Of a stretch of 64,000 nt of DNA, positions 13,529 through 24,754 are shown in pieces (positions within the stretch are counted from its first letter, which is position 1; the number at the start of each line of letters is the position of its first letter). The stretch spans positions 1,062,294-1,126,293 of the forward strand of contig BCKZ01000002.1 of the NCBI GenBank assembly GCA_001600815.1, given 5' to 3'. A program made the position numbers and the translations under genes. The notes under the pieces were generated by a model. The model did not search any database. It saw only the letters and a list, made by a program, of their open reading frames with translations, and had not been told where the DNA came from. The DNA comes from Alloascoidea hylecoeti (lineage: Eukaryota).

Positions 13529-13542
13529 GCAACAACAACAGC

Positions 13543-13574
<32 letters not shown>

Positions 13575-14213
13575 CTTCATTCTCATCCTCATTTACAACC
13601 TCAACTAGCATCTCAACAAAATCAAATTCTTTCACAACAACAATATATTCAACAACAACAACAAAAATTTCAACAACAACAACAACAGCAACAACAAATT
13701 TTAGAAAATACACCTCAATATGCAACATCACATGGTAAAATGACTGATTATAATATTAATCCTGTACCACAATATCCTGTTCAAATTCCTTATCCAACTC
13801 CTCATCATGATCAAATATCTACTGAAGTTGGTCAAACTAATTCAGTTGCTGCAGTAGCTGGTGCATTTGCTGCGACTTCAATTCTTGATCAATCACAATC
13901 TACTAGTACTCCAATATCTACTCAACAAACATCAATTCCTATTCAAGTACCAATGAGTGGTTATCCACAAATGTCCCCACAACTATCATCATCAATGAAT
14001 GCTTATAATATAAATCCACCAATATATCAAATGTCTGATCCAAATGGTATTCCAATACATGAAAATATCAATTCATTGGATGTAGTAGGCTTGGATGATA
14101 AAGGTTCAAAACAAGATTGGTTGAAGGATATTTATTCTTTATTATTTGAAGAAATGGCTGATCCTCAACAATTTGAAACGTTTGGTCAAGGTATGGATTT
14201 TGGTGGTGTTTAA
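10822..14213 (+). CDS. GAL4: Gal4 Zn(II)2Cys6 transcription factor; exons 10822-10968, 11027-11056, 11115-14213
   Basis: Removing two GT-AG introns (10969-11026, 11057-11114, both with CTAAC branch points) gives [54 protein letters not shown], collinear with the Gal4 zinc cluster and its RSPLTRAHLT linker. Fungal_trans middle region and a C-terminal DIYSLLFEE activation-like motif are present. Confidence 0.9.
13404..13574 (+). repeat. Poly-glutamine (CAA/CAG) tract of 57 codons within GAL4
   Basis: 171 nt of uninterrupted CAA/CAG codons. Confidence 0.95.
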
Positions 14214-14945
14214 TATTTATTATATTCATCTTTTATTTTTTAAAATCTTTTAAAATCTTTTTAATTAATTTGTTGATTTTGTGTTTGCTTGCTTGTTTTT
14301 ATATTTTTGCATTAATATTTCATATGTTTTATGTTTTTTCAACCTTTTATCCCTTTTTGATGATTATTCTCACTTAATTTATATTTCTATTGTTATTTTA
14401 TTGATCAATTTTGATTATTCTTGCTTCATAGTATATATTTTCTCGTTTGTTTTTTTATAACATCATATCATATCATATCATATCATAACCTCATCATATA
14501 TCATCATTTTTCATTTTTCATTTTTACCATTTATATTTGATATTCAATTAAACCTGTGAATAATTTTTATTGCACACTTAAACTTATGAATCCTTTTTAT
14601 ACTGACTAATTTAATTATAATTAAGTATTGTTTTTTTTGTTTATATATATATATATATTATTTATGCCATTATTATTATTATTGTTTTGCTTTGTTTTAT
14701 TAATTGATATTAATAAAAACGTATCAAAATTTTGTTTTTGTTCTTGTTTTTGCAATTGCCTTTCTTTACATTTATATTTTTAATCAATTATACTGTTCCT
14801 TATATTCATTTGAATTTTGAATTTTGAATTTTGAATTTTGAATTTTGAAACTTGGAATTTGCGATTTGATGTGGTATACGTTTTTGTTTTTGTTTTCGTT
14901 TTCATTTCTTCTATATCAATTGAAAGGTATATATTGCGTAATTAA

Positions 14946-15160
14946 AAGATTCAGACAATATAGAGAATTTATAATTAGTTGTACTAGTATGTCATAATAC
15001 ATGTCTCAATGAACTTTTTTCCAAATATTGGAATAAATCGTTGTGCTATTAAAGAGATTGTTAACTCGTCTTTCATCTAAAGTTGCTCAACCACATGAGA
15101 TCCCTAGAAATGCCTATTCTATTGGTGGTTCGTCACAAATGTTTTTAGCAAATGGTTATG
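14946..15160 (+). pseudogene. Degenerate duplicated fragment of the neighbouring SPG5-like CDS (matches about 16566-16790)
   Basis: AAGATTCAGACAATATAGAGAATTTTAT matches 16566-16593. ATGAACTTTTTTCCAAATATTGGAATAAA matches 16615 onward. CCTAGAAATGCC..TATTCTATTGGTGGTTC matches about 16726-16760. Indels break the frame. Confidence 0.75.
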
Positions 15161-15172
15161 GAACTTATGACA

Positions 15173-15371
15173 TAGTTATTATACTTAATTTCGGCCATTA
15201 TGATCATTAATTTTCGGTTAGGGTTGACACCCGAGGTTGTTCCAAATCCCTGCACAATGCAGTGCACATTAACAGGCAAACGCTCATATAGGCAATAATG
15301 CGCCTAAATACAAGTCATGGAAGTGACCAATAATTAGTAATAAGAATGGCCTATCTTAGGTGTATTCACTG
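15173..15371. mobile_element. Putative ~200-bp Tc1/mariner-type MITE with degenerate terminal inverted repeats
   Basis: Left end TAGTTATTATACTTAATTTCGGCCAT shares 16 identical nt with the TA|CAGTGATTCAACTTAATTTCGGCCAT end at 18345-18372. Right end ATGGCCTATCTTAGGTGTATTCACTG|TA is its same-length, partly mismatched reverse complement followed by TA. Confidence 0.55.
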
Positions 15372-15529
15372 TATATCCGATGTAGTTCTAGATATAAATT
15401 CAAAAATTAGATTATGAACATTAACTATTCTTTGGTCAAAATTCGATATTAGATTTATGTTTAGTACCTTTGTGATTAGATCAATTAAAGATAATACTGC
15501 TTGCTCTGTGCCCTAAATACCATCCGTCA

Positions 15530-15920
15530 CAATACTCATGACCATCACCACATTTCAATAGGTAACGTTCAATCACCACCAATATATAATTTTGTACAAA
15601 TTTGGGCCGATGTCCTTGCAAGGTCTTCTTATTTATCCCCAAAAGTTGATCTCTCTGCTTTTCCGTAGTTTTATAAGGGGTGATTCATTTTTGCTGACAA
15701 TTATTTTTCACACAGGAACTTTCCCAATTGAGTTCAGAATCTTCAGATGAAGACAATATATGTATGCAGGCTACTCCATCATTTCAATTTCCTCCTCTTC
15801 CAACCACGACATGATAACACCAGCTTTGTGTAGGGGCATTATATTGCATGAAGATTGATTAGATTATCTTCTCTGAAACTTTCGCCAACGTTTTCGAGGA
15901 TATTGGGCACTTTTCTACGA
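15530..15920 (-). mobile_element. Tc1/mariner DDE transposase relic (frameshifted, with stops)
   Basis: Minus strand reads IFMQYNAP/HKAGVIMSWLEEEEIEMME*PAY...LNSIGKV, matching the Tc1 pattern FMQDNAPxH...W...WPxxSPDLNPIENxW. Confidence 0.7.
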
Positions 15921-16287
15921 ATTGTTTTAGCATATGTCCTAACGGCAAATAACGGTCAGACTGACGTTAACTATTGAGATATAGTTAAACTTCAGTATTT
16001 AGTGTACTACAATGCTTATATATTCGATGGCAGTTAATTTCAGCCGTAGCATAAAATTTCCGATTGTCGGGTATTACGTAATACGTAGAAGCAATGTCAA
16101 AAACAGTAATACAATAAATGTGCGAAAACTCCGTCCAGCAATTCCTACAAATCACAGTCTCAGTTTTTATTACAGCCTTCAAAATTCAAATACCGAATCT
16201 CCAAAAAATAAATAAACACCCTTATAAAATTTCCGACTGTTATAATAATTACTCAACTTATTCAGGATGGGGAGACATCAATGCCCT

Positions 16288-17679
16288 ATGTCTGTTTCTA
16301 AAACTGCTGTAAATGCTGTTTGTTGTTCAATGGATAATTTTGCAAATGCTTTCTATAAGCTTAGTCCTTTAAATTTCAAGCCATTAAAATCAACTTTTAC
16401 TCTTGTGAGAGTACCTGTGTTTTTTTGGAACACTAAACATTCAACTATAGTTGTTGAAGCAAGATTAAATTCCCCTCCTAATGTTCGATTTTTCTCTACA
16501 ACTGCTCAAAATGATAATAAAACTTTCAAGTGTCATCGAGGTCGTCATCAACATGATCATAGTAGAAGATTTAAACGATATAAAGAATTTTATTGTGCAG
16601 ATTCAAATTCAGCAATGAACTTTTTTCCAAATGTTGGAATAAACTGCCGTGGTATTAAAGATACTGTTAATTCGTGTTCTGCTTTTAGGAATGTCTTTCA
16701 TCCAAAATTAATTGGAGGTACACTTCCTAGAAATGCCTGGGGTTATTCTATTGGTGGTTCATCACGACTTTTCTCCACCTATGGTATTACATCCAGAGAT
16801 GTAGTTCAAAACATGAATTCTCATATTAGAACTAAATTAGTATCAACTGTTGATAAAGGGAAAGCGTTTTATAATCCAGAACCTGTTGTTTCTGTTATCC
16901 AAACAATGGCTTTAGCAAGATCAAATAGTGAAGAACATCATAAAGGATGTTATGTTGATTTTAAATTTAATCCAAAATTTTCTATAAGAGCTGATGCCTT
17001 TTTAGATCCTCAGGTTATGAAACAAATAAAACAAGATTTAGATAAATTTGAAGAAGAAATAAAGTTAATCTATAAAGATATTGAAAAGATTTCTACAAAT
17101 TTAGGTGAATTGCCTGTTTCAATAAATCAAGATACGATTGAAAATGTAGTACGTGTTCATTTTCCAAATTGTGATGCTGAGCATGCTAGATCCTTATTAC
17201 GTGATATTGGTGTTACTAGAGGTGCTGTGTATGAAGAAGAAGAATCCAAAGTTCCAGTTGTTGATGAGATTCGGTCAATGGTAACTGGTAACCCTAGTTT
17301 GAATCATATACCTAGGAATCATACAGAATCAATTGGAACCGATGATTTGATGTCATTGACAGAAGACAATTCATCCTCTTATGGTAGCGGAATCTCAAGT
17401 CAGTTACAGACTAACAATGGTAGCGGTACAATATCAAGTCGCGGCCCTAGCCGTGAAGGATCTTTCTCGGTAAACAGTAGTTTTTCTGGTTTTGATGTTA
17501 ACTCTGATATTGATGTTCATAACCACCATCCCCGAATGCATCGACATATCTCTCCTCTTTCAAACTCTGAATTAGTTCAATTATCCCCTATTACAACACG
17601 TCAACAAATACAACAACAACAACGAACAATAGAAGTTTTTGGGCCCGGCTTAATTGAATGGAATGAAGCTTATTACTGA
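16288..17679 (+). CDS. Spg5-like fungal protein (alternative start at 16267)
   Basis: Long ORF. RLFST..VVQNM and GCYVDF..P segments resemble the Spg5 family; the family assignment is from memory only. Confidence 0.6.
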   Translation: MSVSKTAVNAVCCSMDNFANAFYKLSPLNFKPLKSTFTLVRVPVFFWNTKHSTIVVEARLNSPPNVRFFSTTAQNDNKTFKCHRGRHQHDHSRRFKRYKEFYCADSNSAMNFFPNVGINCRGIKDTVNSCSAFRNVFHPKLIGGTLPRNAWGYSIGGSSRLFSTYGITSRDVVQNMNSHIRTKLVSTVDKGKAFYNPEPVVSVIQTMALARSNSEEHHKGCYVDFKFNPKFSIRADAFLDPQVMKQIKQDLDKFEEEIKLIYKDIEKISTNLGELPVSINQDTIENVVRVHFPNCDAEHARSLLRDIGVTRGAVYEEEESKVPVVDEIRSMVTGNPSLNHIPRNHTESIGTDDLMSLTEDNSSSYGSGISSQLQTNNGSGTISSRGPSREGSFSVNSSFSGFDVNSDIDVHNHHPRMHRHISPLSNSELVQLSPITTRQQIQQQQRTIEVFGPGLIEWNEAYY

Positions 17680-18344
17680 AGTTATAAAAAAACGTACATT
17701 ACTCGGAAGGAAATTTAGACATTTGCGGGCCAACATCATTGATTTTTTATTTCCATTGTCATTTATTTTATTTGTTCGTTTGTTTGTGTTATGCTTTTAA
17801 CAAAATAAATTTTACTGGGATAGTTATATCAAATATATTGATGGAATCAGGAATAATTGATAGCTAGTGATACAAATCGATTGATACTAATAATATATTA
17901 TATTGATTTTTCTTTTTTCTTCACCCTGCCTTTCCCCCTCTTATAATTATATCAATGCCTATACATGAAGGCGATTACGATTTTTTCTTATATTCTTTAT
18001 GAAATTAACTAAATGATTGTGTTAGAAGAAGTTTTAAAATCTAGCTATGGTTCTAGATTATTTTATATTATAATTCGCCTTTTTATATATATTTTTATGA
18101 CTTATTAGGAATATTGGGGGTCAAGATATGATATGATAATTTTTATATACTATAGCTAATAAGTCTTAAATATAGTTAAAAATATGAGGATCAATGTTAA
18201 CAAATGGTGCTTGGTATTGTTTTATCATGGTTGGATTTATAGATAGATTATTTGTTATATAATAATATAATTGGTAAAAAGACATACTAATATTAGTAAC
18301 CTCATATTGTAGTTTGTAATCGTTTTATTTCAAGATTACCCATA

Positions 18345-19560
18345 TACAGTGATTCAACTTAATTTCGGCCATACTAATCACTAAATTTTAGCCCGAAGTG
18401 GTCCTACATATTCACGGGTCATACTGTGAATAATGTGGCCGAAGTTATAGGAAGGCCGGTAATTATGCGTGATGTGGGCGAATATAAAACTCAATAAGTG
18501 GTCGATATTTACGCATAGTAATGTAACTTTAAAAAAAGAAACACTAAACTTAAAATATCACCATCTCTTAAATATCATTGCAGTCACATATTATATAAAA
18601 TTTATTAGAAAAAAAAATAGGTGAATGCTTTGTATAAAAGAAAAATCAGAATACATCTCCTCTCGATTTATGTCACTCACGTATACACTGTAATATAATG
18701 ATTGTGTGCCCGCCACATTACCACCACCGTCTTATCAATCTTCAGCATTCAAGACATACTATCAGAGAAGAAATCTGGGTGAATTCTGACGAAATATCTT
18801 CCAATGTATTCATGAATTTTGGTTTATTTGCATCCGGGTAGTTATATGAGGATTAGTTCATTTTTGATGATAAATCTTTTGGGTCTTCTCAATTGGGTCT
18901 GATTCGGGCGATTTACGCAGGCAGGCACCAGATCCAGCCAAGACAAGATATCGCCGGATTTGTGCACAGGAGCATTGACGTATATGAAAATTATAGTGTC
19001 TCCCAAATTTATTTTGGCCAAACTTCTTTCGAAAGTGAGGCTTCTATCATCTTTAGGAGCATTTAGACGCACAGTTCGTTTCACGATACCTTCCATCGGC
19101 AAATCATGGTCAGAAGGCGCCGAACGTGCCAATTGTTCTTTAGATCTAGGTAAAAAATTCTGGATTTCTGACACGAGTTTCAGGCCTCGAAATAGCTGGA
19201 TTTTGACGGTTTAATCGCTGTTTCGTAGGACGTGTTTTTTTAGAAACTTTAAATGAGCCCAAAATCGTTTTTTCGGCTTGATTGAAACGCCACTGGATTT
19301 TCTTTCCTATAAGAAATATTTCTACAGTTTTTTTAATTAATGGACTTAAATATTTGAGTTAAATGTTTTAAAGTTATTACTTTTAGGAGGTGAAAAAAAA
19401 AGAGCATCTTTAATAAGATCTTACACCTCTTTCGGGGTATATGGTATAGTACATCGTACACTATTTTGTTTAAAGCTGTACTGAACCAGCCTAGGAATAA
19501 CCTCTCAAGGAGAATAAACTTCTCTAAGTAACTGATGAGTAGCAACCTCCATTCGAAACA
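18345..19560 (-). mobile_element. Second Tc1/mariner relic: TA|CAGTG terminal repeat at 18345-18372 and decayed transposase at about 18690-19560
   Basis: Minus strand has IFIYVNAPVHKSGDILSWL (for FMQDNAPxH), SPESDPIEK in another frame (for SPDLNPIEN), and C-terminal DSMS*MLK...DGGG..TQSY (for SMPxRL..GGxTKY). The 5' terminal repeat was not found. Confidence 0.6.
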
Positions 19561-20059
19561 CATGTACAGCTCTATTTTTCTTTTAATGTTCTTTGGTGCC
19601 TACAGTAGTTAACGCTACTAGTTATAAGCTATATTCAAAAGGTTGGAACTGCACGATAACGCAAGTGCAAAGTAAGTTTAAGTGTAAGCTTAAAGCCGCC
19701 TAAAAAGTCTAAAAAATGCGAAGACATTGCTACAGCTCGTTATATTGTTAAGCCTAAACGACAGTAGAGACATGTCGTTACTTTTGGTTTTATATGAAAT
19801 ATAACTTAAATAATTTAATGTCGAAAGATCTTTTTTAGCTGATTAATTTTAATTCTTGGAATGGATGTAGAACCTGTATCTAAAGGAGTCATAATTTGGG
19901 CAAATATATACACTAATGATATTACTATGTATGTTTTGAGATAATACTACATACCATGTTAGTATGATAATAATTTTATGAAATATAAGTTATTATATTG
20001 TTATAGAATTTGTATCCAATTGCAAAATTAAAAAAACACATGTTATCAGTGAAACCCAA

Positions 20060-21241
20060 TCACTCCCCACCGGCTGATGTAGATATTCCATTTTTCGAAC
20101 TAGAGAGTGCTGCAATGGCCTCTTTATACTTCTCTAATGTGAATTCCCAAGCAGCCTTTTGATTCTCTTCTTTCCATAAATAGCCAGATTGATTAGCTTT
20201 TTTAAAGGTTGGATCACAAGAACCATTAATTATATGGGCTCCTTTCTTGAACTCATCGCCAGTTGCTGACACATATAAAAATTTTTCCCCACTTTGCTCT
20301 TCAGGTGTAGCAAAACATTTGGCAAGAGGCATAGCTACTACTCGAATATACCAAGGAATTTCACGTCCAAATCCAGTATTAACAAAACCTGGAAAAGCAT
20401 GAGTAAATGAAGTATCAGGATATAGTCTAGCAAAATTCTTTTTTTTAAAAATTTAACAACTTTCAAGTTAGTTATGATTAATATAGTTATTGATAGCCAC
20501 CAAAACACCTCAGCGCTTAAATATAGTTAATATAAACATACCAGAGTAGCAAGAGAATTAAACATAGAATTATGTTTTGCAGCGTTAAAGAGAGAATAAT
20601 CTAAATTTTCAATATTAGTAAGTCATTTGACATAACAGGCCAGATATGTATGGATATATGGGGTCTGGATATTAAAATAAAAGAGCATTCGTACGTGTTT
20701 TTAACCCAATATCTTCTGGATGAACAAATGCGGGAGAATTTTCACGACTGCCTAGAACCGAAACAACTCGGGAAGTTTCCTTTAATTCTGATGCTTTTTG
20801 AAGCAATGGCATTAAGCTTTCAACGATTTTCCAACGTGAAAAGTAATTAACGGCCATTTTCTTATCAATTCCTTCAATACTTATGGATTGTGTTAAAGAA
20901 AGAGACCCACAGGACAAGAATAGAATATTTACTTTTGATTCATTCTCTAGTACCGTTTTACTGAAATTTTCAGCCTCTGAAATCAATGTCAAATCATGAC
21001 TATAAAATAAATATTTTGAACCTTCATCACTGTTTAAAGTCTTGAGATTCTCAATAACCCTAGTACCAGATTCTTTATTTCTTCCAACAATATAAATTGT
21101 TGGGGATTTAGTATATTTCGCAATGGTATAAGCGGTATGTTCCCCTATTCCACTTGTGGCACCAACAATGACGGCGACAAGATTCTTCAGTTGAGGGCCA
21201 ATTGTAGTGTTTGCTTCTTTTATGACGGATAGTGCGGGCAT
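20060..21241 (-). CDS. Short-chain dehydrogenase/oxidoreductase; exons 21241-20695, 20600-20542, 20437-20060
   Basis: Rossmann motif VGATSGIGE. Introns 20694-20601 (GTACGA..TACTAAT..TAG) and 20541-20438 (GTATGT..ACTAAC..AAG) join the two ORFs in frame: IGLKTHYSLFNAAKH...NFARLYPDTSFTHAFPGFVNT. Confidence 0.85.
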
Positions 21242-22189
21242 TTTAACTTTAATATAGTAATAACTTCAATTACACAGTTACAGTGGTGAATAGATTAAAA
21301 ATAAAACAGGGAATGGAATTGGAATTTAAATATAACGAAGGTTGACCCTCTTATATATTATTGAACTCCAAATTTACATATTTGCCACTGTATTAGGATG
21401 TATATCTTATTTCCGGTAAACGCTTAAGTTAGTGATTATAGGTCTCGTATAAATTCTTTTTTGAACCTTTGAACCCGATCCATGGGCAGAATTAACATAT
21501 CAAAAAATCTCAAAGTTATACAAATAAAACTGAAAAATGCACAGTACCATCAACTTGATTTAAATATCTTTATAGAATTAAAAACCTTGAGATGTTAGTA
21601 TATATATAGTTTTATGAGATTTAGAGGAACAGCTCAAAGTCCCAACGGAAAAATATATATATTGGAGAGACTGACAGTTTAACTAGTATAACTAATAAAA
21701 TTAGTAATTGAGAGATTTATGAAAGGTTAGAAGAAACGTCGAGTCTTTTTTACTTTAGAACTAAAATGAAATTGTTTAAATACAATCAGGAATAAAATGA
21801 AACCCCTTTTCATCCTTTTTACTAATTAAGCATGTTCCAGTGATGGTTTCTCAGCCAAGATGACAGTCTATAGGTCACTATTTATATGTGCTAAATCCCA
21901 AATATTTTCTCGCATCACCCGAATCCTCATGCTATAGCTAGGAAATTGGCGAGCTTATAGAGACGACCCATTTTCTAATTATGGACCCAAATTCTACTTG
22001 TAGAGCATAGTAAAGACATATCAAGAAGAATAAAGAAGTCAAAAAATAATTAAAAGTGAATAGATGATGGAATAATGTATCATAAAAATAAAAAAGTTTT
22101 CCATATACAAAAGAGGATGGATGAGGAGGAGGAGGGCATAGAAATATAACGAATAAAGTATATTAAATTTCTTCCTTAGAACATACATA

Positions 22190-22261
22190 TCCGAAATAGT
22201 GTAATGGCTAGCACGGTCCGCTCTCACCGGGCAGATCGGGGTTCAATTCCCCGTTTCGGAG
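22190..22261 (+). tRNA. tRNA-Glu (anticodon CTC)
   Basis: Acceptor stem TCCGAAA/TTTCGGA, anticodon arm GTCCG-CT-CTC-AC-CGGGC, B box GGTTCAATTCC, downstream T-run terminator. Confidence 0.95.
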
Positions 22262-22429
22262 TGCAATTTTTATTCACTATAAATGATGATATATAAACTT
22301 TTCCTCCCGTGGCGCAATAATTTGAAATCCTTTTTTTCCTTTTATTATTTTATATTAGAAGAATAGAAATTTAAGCTAGATTATTAAACCAGTAAAGAGG
22401 GTTTTAGGCTTAAAGTTGAGTCCCATGCC

Positions 22430-23610
22430 ACATTATAGAAATCTACCAAGGTAATAAAAATTACTTCATAGTGATAGCGGCCATGACCAGTCTTTCGACA
22501 ATAATGACAATGGCAAATATCCAATACGATAAAAGCTTGGATCAAAAATTCGCGAGCCCAAAGATTGGTTCATGTACGGCATTCTGCAAATCTAAAAATG
22601 ATCCAGCTCCCTTCAAGAAAAATCACTCTTCTCATTTTCCTCTCCATCAAGAGGTAGAATAGCAAAGCCAATTGCCGACCATGAAACCTGTCTCCTAAAA
22701 AGGAAAGATTGAATTCTCCTACAAAAGAGTTCCTTCCAATCGTCATTCTCCAAGCCCTTCCTTCACTTAACCCAACGGATTTTATATTGTCAGCTAAAGT
22801 TAGTTTTTCGAAAACATCCAACCGTCTCGCAAGTAGAAATTCTATTGAAGTGATGAGATTGACCCAGCTCTTGGTGATGAAACCTCTGAACTAGAGAATG
22901 AGAATGGTAGGGGAGATACCATGAACGATACAACAATGTCTGGATTTATGGGGATCCAAGAACGTTACATCTCTAATGGATGAAAAATAAGGTGATGCGA
23001 TCTTCTACTCTTTTCAAAATTATTGGCCTCTAGAGGTATGAAAGTTGTCATTCAACTAGGAACTCTACAGATACGACTCATTAGCAATATTTATGCACTC
23101 AACGACAGTGCAGATTGTTACTAATTTTTTGTTGAGCTTACTGTAGGAAGATACGTACTCCTGGTGAAGAAATTTTATTTGCAGGAGATTTGAAGTTTGA
23201 ACTGTGTAGAAAATGCTAATGATTCGCTGGGTTTAGTCCTACTAAAACTCAAGTATGACCCATTCCCCGTTACAAGAACACCTATAACCTTCGAAATGTT
23301 TATAACTACATATTACGTATACAATTATTACAATGATATTCAAGTTACAACCAAAGGCACCGCCTAGTGGTGTATCTGTATGTACTATGCATATGTAGAG
23401 CGTTTGACCGTTATTATCTAACTGCTTCTTCGACGTTTTCTGATTAGTTGAAAAGCTCGTCCTTTGAAGGTTTGGATCTGGGCCCTCAATTCTAGCGCCG
23501 AGCAAACAAAACTGTTTTCTCTCAGGTTCTCATCGTAATATTCTCAATGGTCTTCAAGCTGTACACATGCACACACAAATTATGAAAATGCTCGAGCGAA
23601 AAAAGAGAAA
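22430..23610 (+). mobile_element. Highly decayed L1-like non-LTR retrotransposon ORF2 3' relic downstream of tRNA-Glu
   Basis: Collinear broken motifs: LSI/RGRIA.AN (about 22640-22675), SPTKEFL, KVSF, and RRFLIS*KARPLKVW (about 23430-23476, for zinc-knuckle HFLxxC...VW). Boundaries are approximate. Confidence 0.4.
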
Positions 23611-24754
23611 ACTCGCGGTGTTAATATCGCAAGTGTATCATTTTGAACTAATATATGATTGTACCCGAGCTTGGTTTCTGTAAGTTATATGTTTCAGCAT
23701 GGAATGAGTTCAGACACGAGTCTGGTCGTTATTAAAACCTAGGGCTGGATTGCATAAGCTTAACGTGTATATCAAAATTAAGCTTAATGATATCATTTGA
23801 GAAATTAGAAACTGCATTTTAAGTCATTTTTTGGCTTTCAATTGCTGTTGTAAAGCTAGCTATAGGTCAAATTATAGAACGTCCCTTACAAATGAGATAA
23901 TCAACGTTTAAATTTGAAAACAAACAAGAATAATACCTGGCATTCTTCTATTGCAATTAATAGAGTCTATAATACTCTATATATTCATTTATAACTAAGG
24001 AACCTTTTAAAAGGCTTACTACTACAATTACTATCATAGAACATAACAAAGCAAAACATTTTTATAAATTTTCAATACAATTTGAAACTATATATCTAAA
24101 ACAAACAACTAACGCATAAAAACAAATGATATATATAAAAGTTAGTAACTATATATATATAATGCCATCTCAATCAATTTATTTCGTCAACTATTTAATA
24201 ATTTGAAGGCTTATAAATAAAACAAATTTAAAAGTTATCATGTAGAAAAATAAAGCTTTTATATACTTTACTATTCTCATTGATTTTTCTTTTATTGAGC
24301 CTTGTTTTTATAATAATTTTGCGATTTGTAACTTTTATAAAAAATAGTAATAATAATAGTAATAAATTTTTTTCATAATAAAAATTATTTTTTAAAAAGC
24401 ATATCCGTATATATCATCCATATCATCAAAAAAGGGGCAAGATATAAACAGCAAAAATAATGAGTGTATAAGTGAGTGAGTAATTTCTAGAATGAAAAGT
24501 AAAAAAAAAAAAAAAAGAATGAAAAGAATGAAAAGAATGAGTTAATATGAATTAATTGAATTTACTTGAATTAATAATAATTATAACCATAACCCAGTCA
24601 TATATATAATAATAATAAAAAGAACAAATGTTAAACCAAATGTTAATCAACGTTTTTGAACAAAGCATAATATGTTCGTTTAATTTATTGTGAGAAATTA
24701 ATAGATAATAAAGATAAACAACAATAATAGCCAGTTATAATAAGAGATAATGGT

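Noticed and set aside
13354..13731. Poly-Val, poly-Leu and poly-Asn ORFs
   Set aside because: Alternative frames of the GAL4 CAA/CAG tract.
18842..19174. 110-aa minus ORF first read as a LINE endonuclease fragment
   Set aside because: The NAPVH, SPxxDPIE and C-terminal GG..Y motifs fit a Tc1 transposase better; it is not a functional CDS.
22301..22320. tRNA-5'-like fragment CTCCCGTGGCGCAAT (similar TTCCGTGGCGTAAC at about 33693)
   Set aside because: Only an A-box-like piece; no cloverleaf or B box follows.
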